The notes under the pieces were generated by a model. That model was not told the DNA's origin, ran no database searches, and saw only the letters and a list, made by a program, of their open reading frames with translations. Both the position numbers and the translations under genes were made by a program. A stretch of DNA of 64,000 nucleotides from Vicugna vicugna. Its lineage: Eukaryota. Every line of letters begins with the position of its first letter. Positions within the stretch are counted from its first letter, which is position 1. The DNA lies in contig MU058584.1 in NCBI GenBank assembly GCA_013265495.1, positions 1,338,616 to 1,402,615 of the forward strand. The letters are read 5' to 3'. Shown here one piece after another: positions 12,531 to 24,072 of the stretch.

Positions 12531-13592
12531 AACATATACTTATTGTTACTCTTTATTACCTGCCGAGGGAGCTATTGCCAGGCCAGGAGGAATGCGAGGA
12601 CCCTGTGTGTCTCCTAGCTCCAGACCTTAATCCTTTGTGTCTGTGACTAACAGCATAGAACCTCAGCTGGTAAATGTAGTGTCGGGCTCCTGTGGTTTCA
12701 GACTTTTTTCCTGGAGGTTTATGTCAGTACCACAGTTGGTTGGGAAAGGATTAGAACTCTGTTGTCGCTTACTGTTTGTCACTTCTATGTAAATTCTAGC
12801 AGGATAAAAAACATTTGGTAATTGTACTTGGTTGGTTTAAGAGAACCATTTCCTCATAAAAAAAAATAATAACCTTGACCTTGAAGAAAGAAATTCTTAG
12901 GTGTTTATTTTCAGAAATGGCAGGCAGTTTTATTGGCAGAGGCAGTAATAAAGTCAAGTCCAGGTGATCGGAGCCATAGAGGATCCAAATGCTGTTTAAA
13001 ATTTGATTTAAACCTAATGCTGTGTTTGTACATTTAATTCATTTCTATTAGCTACCAAGATGTTTAACATAAAATAATTAGAATCTTAAGATGGAAATCA
13101 AAATGGCCACAGTTTTAATTAAACATCTCATAGGGAATTAGGCTGCTTAATGAGAGGCAGCCTGATGCAGTGATGAGAGTCAGGGGGCTGGATGTACTGG
13201 GGCAAGTCACCTTATCTCGAGTCCAGTGCTAAGGACTTGATTGGCAAGAGAGGTGGTCAGCAGTCCCCCCGCCCCTTTTTTTTAACATAAGAGAATTCCT
13301 TTGTTTTTCCCCCTAAAGGAAATCTTGTATAGAAACTTACTTTGGAAAAGAAAGTAAAGTTACCTCTCCTCCTCCGTCTCCCCTACACCGGCCAAACCAC
13401 TCACCGTCTCCCCTTCCCCCACCACTGAAGCCCTGGGGCAACAGAGCATGGGACTCACAGAACACACTGTGAAAACTTGCCTAGGGGATCTCGATGTTTC
13501 CTTCCTGCTATGAAATTCTGTTTCTGATCCTAATATGTCCCTATGCTACATTTCCCAATCTACTGCCTCTTTTGTGTTTTATTCAAGGATTT

Positions 13593-13594
<2 letters not shown>

Positions 13595-13638
<44 letters not shown>
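13595..13638 (+). repeat. (CA)n microsatellite, about 22 units
   Basis: Directly visible. Confidence 0.97.
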
Positions 13639-13639
<1 letters not shown>

Positions 13640-15222
13640 CCATAGAGATGGATTTAGTAAGAAGTGATTAAGAAGGAGTCTTTTGCCACCTGAACTGAAA
13701 GCCTCACACATCCCTATCCATCCCCTTTCATCTCGTTTCTACTCTTTGTGTCCAAGTTGGGATTTGACTCCAGACTTCCCCGGAGCTACTATGCATTGTA
13801 ATGAGTTTGACTTTAGAAAATGGATAAAAGTCCTTCTTTCCCTGTCCTACTCAGTCTCTGCTTCCCAACGCCAGATTTCCCATCCTCGGTGAATAGCCTG
13901 GCAGGTCTTGTGCAACTCATATGCTGGTTCCTGCGGTCCAAGGTTACAGGCCGGGGAGAATGGGGTAACTTCTTTCCTGCTTCCTTGAATGCTGAGCCTG
14001 GCCATCATCTATGTTGGCATTACATGCTGAAGAATAATCAATTATCAATGAATGAGATTGTGAATGAGTGTGAAATTATATGAAAAGGACTTGGCATGCT
14101 GCTTTATCTCAGTAATGCTCTCTTTCCCTCATCTTCCACATTTCTGGTCCCTTTGGACCTATCCCAGGCAGATATAATGATAGACAAGGCCTACAGGATA
14201 TCAGTGAAGGAGCTGGGTGGTTCTAGTTCCTTTTAAGACTATGTTTAACCCCTGGCTAAACGCATATTATAACCTTTTAAAGTCCCTTTTAAAAGCAAGG
14301 TGAGATACACACATCACGAGGCCTTCATGCAGACAAGATTTACCAAATGGTTAAATATACTTAGTTTTCTTTCCTAATTGTCACTTTCTCCACAGTTAGT
14401 ATCAAATCTGCTCTTTCTTTAAAAACATCTTTAAGTGCTAATTCCTTCTTTAGTTCATATACAGAAGGGAACGTTTTTAATGTCAAATAATAGAACTGTT
14501 TCAAAATTGTATCCCATTATCAACTCTTATTTCAATTGTCTTTAACAATCTGCAAATTCGCACCTTGGGGCTGTGCTCAATCGCCCAAACGTGGATTTGG
14601 TGGAGAAGGAGATGGGGCATTGGATGCATGCAGGAAAATACCCTTATGACTACGCTCAGCTACATTTAAATACTAAGAATGCTGATAGAAAATCATGTCT
14701 GTTTTAAAATACCTAATCTTATAACGGAACTAGTTCAGCAGTTTACAATTGTGCTGGCCTGTACAATGCTATTCAGTGATCAGAAAAAGTTGATTGTTCC
14801 TCTGAGAGTTTCCGCCCCGTGGCAGGAAACTAGACATAAGTGGAGACTGGACTGGATTTCGGCCCCCACGTTCTCCGCTGCAGACTCTTGTGTGGGGTAG
14901 AACTCAAACATGGATGCCGGCTCTTGGGTGAGGCTGGTCTGATAACTATCTGCAGTGGTTCCAAAGGAAGGGAGGAGGTGACAACAGACTGAAACCTCAA
15001 TGGTTTAATGGTTCCCTCTATCCTGCTAGGTCCAAGGCTGCAGCTCTCCCTTACCCCCTCTCCTAACCAGGACCATTCAGCCTTTCTAGTCCTATCAGGT
15101 AATTTATCAAGTTTTGCTCTCTCTTGACCTTGACTTTCACACTTTTTGTTGGATTCCACTGGGTTCTGTCCTTTGGGTCATCTTCCTCTTGTCTATCTCA
15201 CTGCTATTAAAAACATCTCTGG

Positions 15223-15321
15223 GGGGTGGGTGGGTATAGCTCAGTGATCCTGGGTTTAATCCCTGGCACTTCTATTAATAAATGAAGAAATAAAATAAAA
15301 TAAATTCTTAAGAAATAAAAG
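15223..15321 (+). mobile_element. tRNA-Ala-derived SINE (vic-1-like) with an internal deletion
   Basis: gggtatagctcagtg joined directly to atcctgggtttaatccctggcacttc, then an A-rich tail. Perfect 14-bp TSD AAAAACATCTCTGG at 15209-15222 and 15322-15335. Confidence 0.88.
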
Positions 15322-15354
15322 AAAAACATCTCTGGACACTTGCGTATTTGTGTT

Positions 15355-15500
15355 CATTTTTATTTTACAAGTAATCTGTACTAATTACAGAAAAATCAGA
15401 AAATACATATCATAAACATAAAGAAGAAAAAAAACACCTATAATCTTAATTGTGGTGATAACCCATCACTATTTGGCATATACCCCTTCTCAGCCTTCTT
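15355..15500 (-). mobile_element. Ancient L1ME-type 3' end
   Basis: aagtaatctgtactaattacagaaaaatcagaaaatacata…aaaacacctataatc…tttggcatatacccc. Confidence 0.55.
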
Positions 15501-16707
15501 ATATTTAAATCTGTGTGTAGGAACCATCTATTAATGTATTTTCCAGTAGAAATATCTGCCTTTTTTTATTCAGCTTCACCTTGGAAGGCTTTCTCTCAGA
15601 TAAAAAGGGAACCCAGAATAGTTTTCAACATGCAATATTATAAAAGGACAAGTGATCAATTCGTCTTTACTAATAGTTCCAAAAAATTTTACTTTATTTT
15701 CAAACCTATGATCTCTACCCACCCTTCTGAATCCAAAGTATGGTCCATGATTTAAAGAACAAAAAATACAAAACTGGCACAGGAATCCTTCCAACTTCAT
15801 GAACCGAAATCTGTTCTCCCCAAGCTGGACTGGATCCCCAGGGTTAGGGGTGCAAATAGGGAAGCATAACCCACCCGTGCAAATAAAAGGAGGACGCTTG
15901 TTTTGGACCCTTGTTATCTTATCATAGGACTAGTTCACTAATTCACATTGTACTTGCCTGTACAGGTGTCCTGTGGCTACACGTGCACTTGCTGACTTAT
16001 ATTTCACATCCGCTGTATCAATACCCAGCTTGTGCCTGCATCGTATTAATCGACTCCTATGATTAGAATCCTACACTATTGAGTTCAACAGCTGCTTCAG
16101 TGAAAATCTGGAGAGCACTCATCTGAAGTCAAAAAAAAAAAAAAAGAAAGTAAGACATTGCATCATTGAAGTGAGCTCACTTCTGGAAGTCTATGTTTCA
16201 ATAATTGCGTATGTGCAGTCTGCTCTCATTACTTGTAGCCCTTAAAAAAAAAGAGGACCCCAGGAAGCGTATCTGTTGGCTTCACTGTGGTGCGTTTAGA
16301 CAGTAACTTCAGAACGCTCTATAGTATGGTTTTATCCTAAAAACTGCACTGCAGTTTGCTTGTTTCAATTTTTAACTAACTTAATAAAATATGAAAAAAG
16401 AAATAAATGCCAGTTGCTTCAGAGAACATGATTTTTCAGTGTGCTTCAATAATTTTTATTAAAACCTGATGCTAGAAAAAATAAGTATTTGTACATATAT
16501 ACACACATTTACAATATGAGTTCCTAAAGGATTAAAGACAGAAAAAGAGAAGAGGACAGAAAAAAAGGAGATATAAGAAACAAATGTGCCATAGTGATAA
16601 TTTATGGTTATAATTTTTTTTTTTGCAAATCAGTTCCTTAGGACACATAATTACATTAGACAAATATATTTTGTCATCCGTCTTTACGGTTTCCAGAGAA
16701 GATAGTA

Positions 16708-16733
16708 TGTGTGCGCATGTGTGTGTGTGTGTG
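16708..16733 (+). repeat. Imperfect (TG)n
   Basis: Directly visible. Confidence 0.8.
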
Positions 16734-17669
16734 CATGTGATGAAGAAGTGGGAGAACGTGGGTCTTCTCAACCCAATTAAAATTTAACACTTGTCTCTTT
16801 TGAGCTGACATCCTCATTTGGGAGGAAAGAGTGAGGAAATACAATGCACAGATGCTCTTTACAAAATAAAGATATTTCTTTCCTTCTCTAACTTGATTTT
16901 GGCACAGCTGATAGCTCACAGAAAAGCACTGGGGATACACATTTAGGCTGCACTGTTCTGAGCTCCCCATGAAAAACCTCCTCACCAGTATATTTATATT
17001 TATTTTTTCTAAGGATACGTTCTTGCTGCTGGCAAATTGGTCTGCTTCTTAAGATTCCTGTTGGTGCTTCTCTGGTGGCCTTTATTACCCAATTTAAATA
17101 CACAATAGTAAGTGGATTTGAACACACCACGTTAATCCAGCATCAGGGACCTCTGCTTGGCTGTTTGTTAAAAGAAAATTGAACCTGTTATGAACTGGAA
17201 GGAGGCACACAGTTGCTGTTAACTGCTTTACCAAAATTGATTCTGACTCACTCGTTTCAAAATGAAAATTGAAATGCTTTTGCCTTTTTTTTCTTTTTCT
17301 TTTGGTGGAAATTTGCTTTACTTAGCACTAAGTGGTTATCATTTCTTGTGATTACAGAAAAATGCATCATAACTTTTGATTACTCTGCTATTAAGGATGC
17401 ACGGTAGCAATTGCTAGCACTTATCAAGTACTGCTGGTGGGTTCTGTGTAACTTGTTTTTATTTGGAACTGAGCGGGGGAGGAGGGTATGGATGAAGCCA
17501 CTCAAAGCTTGATGTACAGAGTGTGCTCAGTCACCTGGGAGTGAAAGGAACTGGAAGGGAAGAGGTTTGTGTTAATGGATATTCTCTCTACTTCAACCCC
17601 TGTTCCAACTAGCACCCAATTATACAAAAAAACACAAAAACAAACAGGTTAATCTATCAGCCATTCCTA

Positions 17670-18040
17670 TACTTACTCATTTCTTCCAGAAATATGTACA
17701 GAGGTCTACTACGTCGATGATGCTGGCTAGGCATGGTAGGATAAAAACGAAGGAATACCGCTTAAGGGATCTAAATTCTAAGGGAGTTTATAATGCAAGA
17801 TAAAAGACACTGCCATAGTAATTTATACACATAAGCCATAAAGATAATAATTTATATGGCATGCATTGAAAGTACATGGGATTAAAGGTGGAAAAGATGA
17901 CAGAAGCCTGAGTTCCTGGAGAATTCGTGTCTGTCCTCCCGTTAGGTTCCAAACATCATGAAAGCAGGGGATTATGTCTATCTTGTCCCCTGCAGTATCT
18001 AGATCACACAAGCTAGGATATAGTGAGCACCGAACACACC
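17670..18040. mobile_element. L2 3' fragments in both orientations
   Basis: Antisense tail near 17670-17790 (ctcatttcttccagaaatatgtacagaggtctactacgt). Sense tail near 17950-18040 (catgaaagcaggggattatgtctatcttgtcccctgcagtatct). Confidence 0.6.
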
Positions 18041-18065
18041 GCCATTCAGTAATGAGCTGCACACA

Positions 18066-18246
18066 GCAGTGTGCTTGCAAGAGGTAACTGAGTGCATGTC
18101 TTCTCAACTCTGTGTTGACAGCATGTTGGTTACTTGTAAGTGGTCATGGTGGGAGTAATTACACCACAGAATTTGGCAACTATAACAAGTAAAGGTCTTT
18201 GTTGCCCCTAATACCTAGTTGTGAAACATTTACCAAGACACCATGG
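18066..18246. mobile_element. MER63-like hAT DNA transposon
   Basis: atgttggttacttgtaagtggtcatggtgggagtaattacaccacagaatttggcaa…gttgtgaaacatttaccaagacacca. Confidence 0.75.
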
Positions 18247-18280
18247 CCATGAGCCTCTCTTTTCTTTAAAAACACCTTGA

Positions 18281-18317
18281 GATGATAGATAGATGATTGA
18301 TAGATAGATAGATAGAT
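18281..18317 (+). repeat. (GATA)n microsatellite, imperfect
   Basis: Directly visible. Confidence 0.9.
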
Positions 18318-18357
18318 GCAGCAAGAGAGAATGAGAGACAGTTAATGCATATTTGTT

Positions 18358-18487
18358 CTTTTTGGGGGGGGGCACCTAAGTTTACTTATTTATTACTTTC
18401 TTTTTATTTAACAGAGGTACTGAGGATTGAACCTATGAACTCACACAGGATAAGCTTGCATTGTACCACTGAGCTATATTCTACCCC
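18358..18487 (-). mobile_element. tRNA-Ala-derived SINE (vic-1-like), diverged
   Basis: Antisense gaggtactgaggattgaacc…taagcttgcattgtaccactgagctata. TSD CATATTTGTT at 18348-18357 and 18488-18497. Confidence 0.85.
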
Positions 18488-18529
18488 CATATTTGTTTTT
18501 AAAATTAGACTTTTACCCCAATTCCTGTG

Positions 18530-18902
18530 CTGTGTGAGAGAGTGGTCATGCGGTGAGGCGGCCATGTGACAGGGCACTGACCAATGAAACATAAGTGCAG
18601 TTCTGTCCTGAAAGAGTTGTCACTATTTCCAGCTTCTGTCCTTTCTTCTTCTCTTGCCTGAAAAGCAGATATGACAGTCAGAACTACAGTCAGCATCTTG
18701 GGAATATGAAGGAAAATCCAAAAATATTTCAGAGACCTCAGCTCTGGCATCCTTGACTCACTAAACTAAAGCCAGCATTTCCTATCTTTGGATTTCTTGT
18801 TGCTGAAAAAGAAGGAAAAAAAAAAACATACCCATAACACTTTGTGTTAAGCTTAGGTTTCTGATCACTCATGATTGAACTCATTGCTGCCTGATTAATA
18901 CA
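18530..18902 (+). mobile_element. MaLR LTR (MLT1I/J-like)
   Basis: ggccatgtgacagggcactgaccaatgaaacataagtgcag … tctttggatttcttgtt … tgttaagc…taataca. Confidence 0.6.
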
Positions 18903-19252
18903 ACTGGTACCAGGGTTGAATTTAGATTTAGCCACGTTAAATTTGAAAGTAACTGTAGAATACCCAGGTTAAAAAAAAAAATCTCAGTAGAGATTTGAAA
19001 ATTATAAACTAGCTTCACATTTAGAATTATCTGGAGAGTTAAACAAAAAAATGTGGTTCATCCAGCATGCGTGGGCTCACCCAGGCTAAGTGAATCTGAG
19101 AGGTGGTTAACTCAACCTCCCAGAGGTGAGAATGACATGATAATAGAGCAAGAAGCCAAGAGTCTTAGCCTGGTTGTCTCTATTTCCACATAGAATTAAG
19201 ATGTGAAATCATAAGCACAAATGCTGGGATGGGATGCTTGGGGACTGTTCTT

Positions 19253-19668
19253 TTCTTTTAAAAAATATTTACTGAAGTTTAGTTGATTTACAATGTTTTG
19301 TCAGTTTCAGGTGTAAGCAAAGTGTTCAGAATATATACATATATATATATATTTTTTTTCTTTTTCAGATTCTTTTCCATTATAGATTGTTACATGATAT
19401 TGAATATAGTTCCCTGTGCTCTACAACAGATTCTTGCTGTTTATCTATTTTATATATAGTAGTGTGTGTCTGTTAACCCCAAACTCCTAATTTATCCCTT
19501 CCCTCCTTCTCCCTTTGGGAAGCATAAGTTTGTTTTCTATGTCTGTGAGTCTGTTTCTCTTTTGTAAATAAGTTCATTTGCATCATTTTTTTCTGATTCC
19601 ACTCACAAATGACATCATATGACATTTGTCTTTCTCTGTTTGACTTACTTCACTTAGTAGGATGATCA
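19253..19668 (-). mobile_element. L1 3' end, artiodactyl type
   Basis: Homologous to the 10.7 kb copy (gttccctgtgct, aagtttgttttctatgtctgtgagtctgtttct, tgacttacttcacttagta). Possible TSD actgttctt / acagttctt. Confidence 0.9.
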
Positions 19669-20589
19669 TGAAACAGTTCTTGAAGGGGATGGGAGAGACT
19701 GCTATCCAGGATGTATAGAAAATTTTCTAGGAACCACAGGCAGTGGGAAGATGAAGTCAGAAACAGAGAATCCATGGAACTAACACGAGTGACTATGGAA
19801 TTTTCTCCAGTAGAGCTTGAAGGTCTAGGTTTACGATCAGAGCAGGAAGATAGCTGAATTGATTTCAGCATTGGCTGACTGAGTGCAGAGGGAAGAAGTA
19901 CGCAAACTGGTTGAGGAATTTAACAAGAGAGAGGCTGGTGATGTAAATCATGTTTTATGGACCAGGTAAGTAAGGGCATACATACAAGAGGAGGCAAACA
20001 CACTTGGGAGAAAACTGGGATCCAGAAAATGGTTCTCTGGGTGAAAATTGAGCAACAAATATACAAGGTGGGCAATGGGAGAGCCGGGAGAGTAAGGGGT
20101 TTTGATTGATGGAAGTGTGGTGTGCTGGCAGTCTTTAAATCAAGGGTTGCAAAGTAGAGCAGCTCCCTGTGACAGCGAGGCCCAGGTTGTGGACACTTAT
20201 CTGAATGATTCCAAAGCAGTTAAAAATGACTGGAATTGAAGAAGGAGGGAACAAAGAAAGAGCCGATGGAGCGTTCTCTTAACAGGAAACCCGAAGCCAC
20301 ACAGGGGGATTATAAAATCTCAGTTAGGGAAGTTGACTCAACCAAGTGCCAAAGCCTCAGTCAATGTGAGAGGCTGCGATCAGGGGATGAAAATCAAAGA
20401 ACCAGCCAGATGTCTTAAGGCTCTACAGAGAAATTATTCGCTCAACCGCAGAAGAAAAAATGTCTGGAAAAGAAGAACACCCTGTAACTCTGAAATAGAA
20501 GGGGGAGGAGAGCAGGAGAATGAGAAAATACAGAGGAATTTGAAAGGGGAAGGAGCTAAGTTAGACGTCTCGTCAAAGGGGTTTTAGAG

Positions 20590-20940
20590 ATGGAAGGACA
20601 CCAGGGATCACCTAATCCAGACGTCTTGTTTCAGATGGTGGAACGGAGACTCAGAGGGAGCCAGTTCTCAAAGCCATAGCATTAGTGAGCAGAATTTAGA
20701 TTTAGTCATCCGTTGGTTATTAGTCATTAATTCATCAAATATTTCTTGAGCAACTAGTCAAGATCTAGGGTTACCAGAATGAATAAGCTTCAGAACACGT
20801 GCTCGGGGAACTCACAACATTGTGGGAGAAGTGGACAAAGTCTGAAAACTATTACAATGCAGTGTTATGAAGAGCAGAAGAAAGGCCTCACAAAAGGCTG
20901 ATGCAGAAGCGCAGGGATGAGCCTCTTGCCTGGGGGAGGG
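20590..20940 (-). mobile_element. MIR3 fragment followed by an L2 3' end
   Basis: cagatggtggaacggagactcagagg, then tcattaattcatcaaatatttcttgagcaacta…ggggaactcacaa…attacaatgcagtg. Confidence 0.6.
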
Positions 20941-21711
20941 AGGAGAGCTGGGTGATCGTGGTATGGGACTTGATGGAACATGGGCAACATAGATAGAACA
21001 CACTATGCAACTGAGCAAACTAGACAAAAGTGCCTCTTCTTTCAGGTCAGCGCAACACCCAGTCAAGGCACAGAGCTTGGCAAACTGATTCTAACCTAGA
21101 TTTCCTCCAGCCCTTACCCTCCTCCTCTCAACCTTCACAATTGTGAGTGGCAGTCACAGGTAGGAGGTAGGAAGAAAGCTGGTATCAGGGGAGACTTCCC
21201 AAAGGATATGAGTAACATTTGAGCCAATCTCTGCCTCCAAGTTCAAAGCTCCGTCTGACTTTGATAGTTGAAGGAGCTGAGAATCCTCTTTGCTATGAAG
21301 GAGGAAGCTGAGCTATCAACTTGGCGCAAGGACATTAGGTCGCATAGGAGAAGTGGAAGCTGATGATTGCGGGAACACTAGAAACAGGCGCCTTGGAGTT
21401 TAAAAACGAGAGAACCAAGGATGGAATGTACTGTTACTAAGTTCACATCAGAAGCAATTTTCAGTCTTTCAGTTCATCCATCTTGCGGCCAAGCCCATGC
21501 CACCCCTCCACACCCAAAAGGAGTGTGACAGGGCGATGGTTTGTAGACTCCGGTGATCCTAAACGGTAAAGTGCTTTACCATTTAAAGACAAACTTCTCC
21601 TGGCTTTGCAGGTACAGCTACAGAGTAGTTTTTTTCTTAAAGAGAAAAAGATAAAATGTAACAAGAGATAGAGGGTTTAAAAATGTTAACCGGTCAAAGC
21701 AAAACTATATT

Positions 21712-22106
21712 AGAGGCAAGTTATCTAGGAGAATAGGTGAGATAATGTAACAGCCTTCAAATCTCAATGGCTTAAAATAGAAACGGTTTGTTTCTCTTGT
21801 TGCTACTCTGGCCACACAGGGATTCTGTTTCACATCACCCCCAGTCAGAGCTGGAAACTGGAGAAGCCCCTGTCATCTGGAGAACTACTGGGTCCTGAGG
21901 GGAAGGGAGGGAGACAATGTGCAGTGTTGCACTGGGAATAAAATGCTTCTGTCTGAAGTAACATGTGTCACTTCTGTTCAGTTTTATTGGTCAAAGCAAG
22001 TCATGGGGTCAGACTCAACTTCTCGGTAATAAGGAAGCACAATCCTATCCGTGCCAGAAAGGAGCAGAATTGGAACACTCAGTGAAGAGAACGAAGATTA
22101 TCAACA
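21712..22106 (-). mobile_element. MaLR LTR (MLT1L-like)
   Basis: aaatctcaatggcttaaaa…tttgtttctc, aaatgcttctgtctgaagtaacatgtgtcacttctgttca…ttggtcaaagcaagtcatgg, and aggaagcacaatccta. Confidence 0.8.
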
Positions 22107-22589
22107 GACTTCTTGTAGCATCTCTAAGAGCCCACTGGTTTCCTGTTTCTCCCTTCATCAACCTACTCTACATGTTTCTACCATAGTAATCTTCCTAAAA
22201 CATAACATTCCGCTACCTAACTTCCACAAAAACTTCCACATCTTCTGAATCAGGTCCCAGATCTTTTAGCCCTCCATTGCACAACCATTACCATCTATTT
22301 CAAGTCTATTTTTCCAGAGTAATCTGGGGTATCTTCATCCACTCTCCATGCACTACTCACCTACCCCCGCACGCACACATCTTTGCCATTTACGTTTTCA
22401 TTCGTATTTCAAATGTTGACTTAAATGCCATAATCACCACAAAATAAAGTATTTAAAAAAATGCTTCCAGTTGGCATCTCTTAGTGTTTTTGTCAATGTT
22501 TCCCAAAAAACACTGCTTATGTCTCTGCTTTCATAATAGAAGTTTACATCCGTGCTACAGAGTAGTGTTTCTTAAAGAAAAAAAAAAAG

Positions 22590-22712
22590 AGCCCCATTAG
22601 ATAGTAAGTTCTATGAGGACAGAAAAAATATCTTTTTCATGATTATGTGATTCCCTTCCTGTCTTTGTCAAACTGTTGAGCACAGTGCTTGATGCACGGC
22701 AGGTCCTCAGTT
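22590..22712 (+). mobile_element. L2 3' end
   Basis: cccattagatagtaagttctatgaggacaga…gcacagtgcttgatgcacggcaggtcctcagt. Confidence 0.7.
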
Positions 22713-23933
22713 CACTGAAGGATCTTATGTTACCCTTCTCGATCTGATCAGATTGAGCCTTAATCCACCCTCTCCTTCTTGATTCTTTGCCTGTAGCCCC
22801 AACGGCTTTTATGGTTAAAGTAGAAGCTTCCTGTTTGTGCTCACTGCTAATATCCTGGGTCAGATGTTAGATATTCAGAGCTGAATTGTTTTTAAGTGGT
22901 GTGAAAAAAAAATGGTGCCCTAAAAATGGATCAGGAATGTAATTGATGGGAAATCTTATAGGAAAGAGAGAGACAAGACTATATACATACATTTTTTTAA
23001 AGAAAACCAGAATGATAATGACCATCAGACCACTTTTTATAGATAATTTCAATTTAAATTTGGTTTTTCCCATCACAATGTGGTTACTTGGAGAAGACAG
23101 AGTACACTGAATTGCCTTTATAACCACCATACTGATGCTGTTATGCTCAGTACAACTGAGTTTCTTGTCAATTCTTTGTGAAATCTTCTCTCCCATCATG
23201 TTTACATGGGAATAAATCAGGATGATCATTTTATAATATTGGAAATATCCAAGACCTAAGAGATGATCTCTTTGCCTTTTTTTACATTACAGATGAAGAA
23301 ACTGAGTTATAGAAAGATGAAGCCTCATTTTTTTTTTCTTCCAAGCATGCTATGCGACATTCAAAGATTCCCCATTGAGTCTTTTCCTCCGGGAAGTCTA
23401 AAATGCAAAATGATAATAAATACTAACAATTAGATTTATTAATTAAACCAGAGTAATTAATTACATGAAGCTATTGAGTAGATATTAAACGTCAGTTACT
23501 TTGTTAACTGGAAATTCAAAGAGAAAGGGCACAATCCCCTCAACCTAGTAGCTCTGGGTCTCGTCTACAATGTGTAAGTACCTTGCTGGGTGCTGAGTGG
23601 GAGACTGTTCACCACCTAGTGTCTCATAGGGATGTTTTAAGTGCAATTATGCACTCACGTTGCTGAAATGTCTCTCAGTTGAGTACTTTTAAGATTATTC
23701 AGTGAATTCTCTAGTTGTTGATTTAAAAGTTTCAAGATAAATTAGCTTTTTAAAATTAACGAGGGGCCATAAGGATGACAACATTTATAACTAAACTGGA
23801 CATTCACGTTAACCGTAAGTTTTAAACAAAATGAACTTACTGTGGGGAAACATACCAAAACCAGATGCTTTTGACCAACCATCTCTGCTTTCCTGGATTG
23901 AAAGCCTAGGGTTAAAAACACAAAAGAACTCTT

Positions 23934-24072
23934 GGCGGGAGGGTATAGCTCAAGTGGTAGAGCGTGTGCTTAGCATGCATGAGGTCCTGGGTTCAATCCC
24001 CAGCACCTCCTCTAAGAATGTCAATGGGTACACCTAAATACCTCCCCCCACCAAAACAAAAACAAAACAAAA
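23934..24072 (+). mobile_element. tRNA-Ala(AGC)-derived SINE (vic-1-like), full length
   Basis: Head gggtatagctcaagtggtagagcgtgtgcttagcatgcatgaggtcctgggttcaatccccagcacctcc has Pol III A and B boxes, then acctaaatacctccccc and a (CAAAA)n tail. Imperfect TSD aaaacacaaaa(ga)actct. Confidence 0.92.

Noticed and set aside
23938..24011. Apparent tRNA-Ala(AGC) gene
   Set aside because: The acceptor stem is imperfect, a SINE body and A-rich tail with a TSD follow, and paralogous copies occur at 15.2 kb and 18.4 kb. It is a SINE head.
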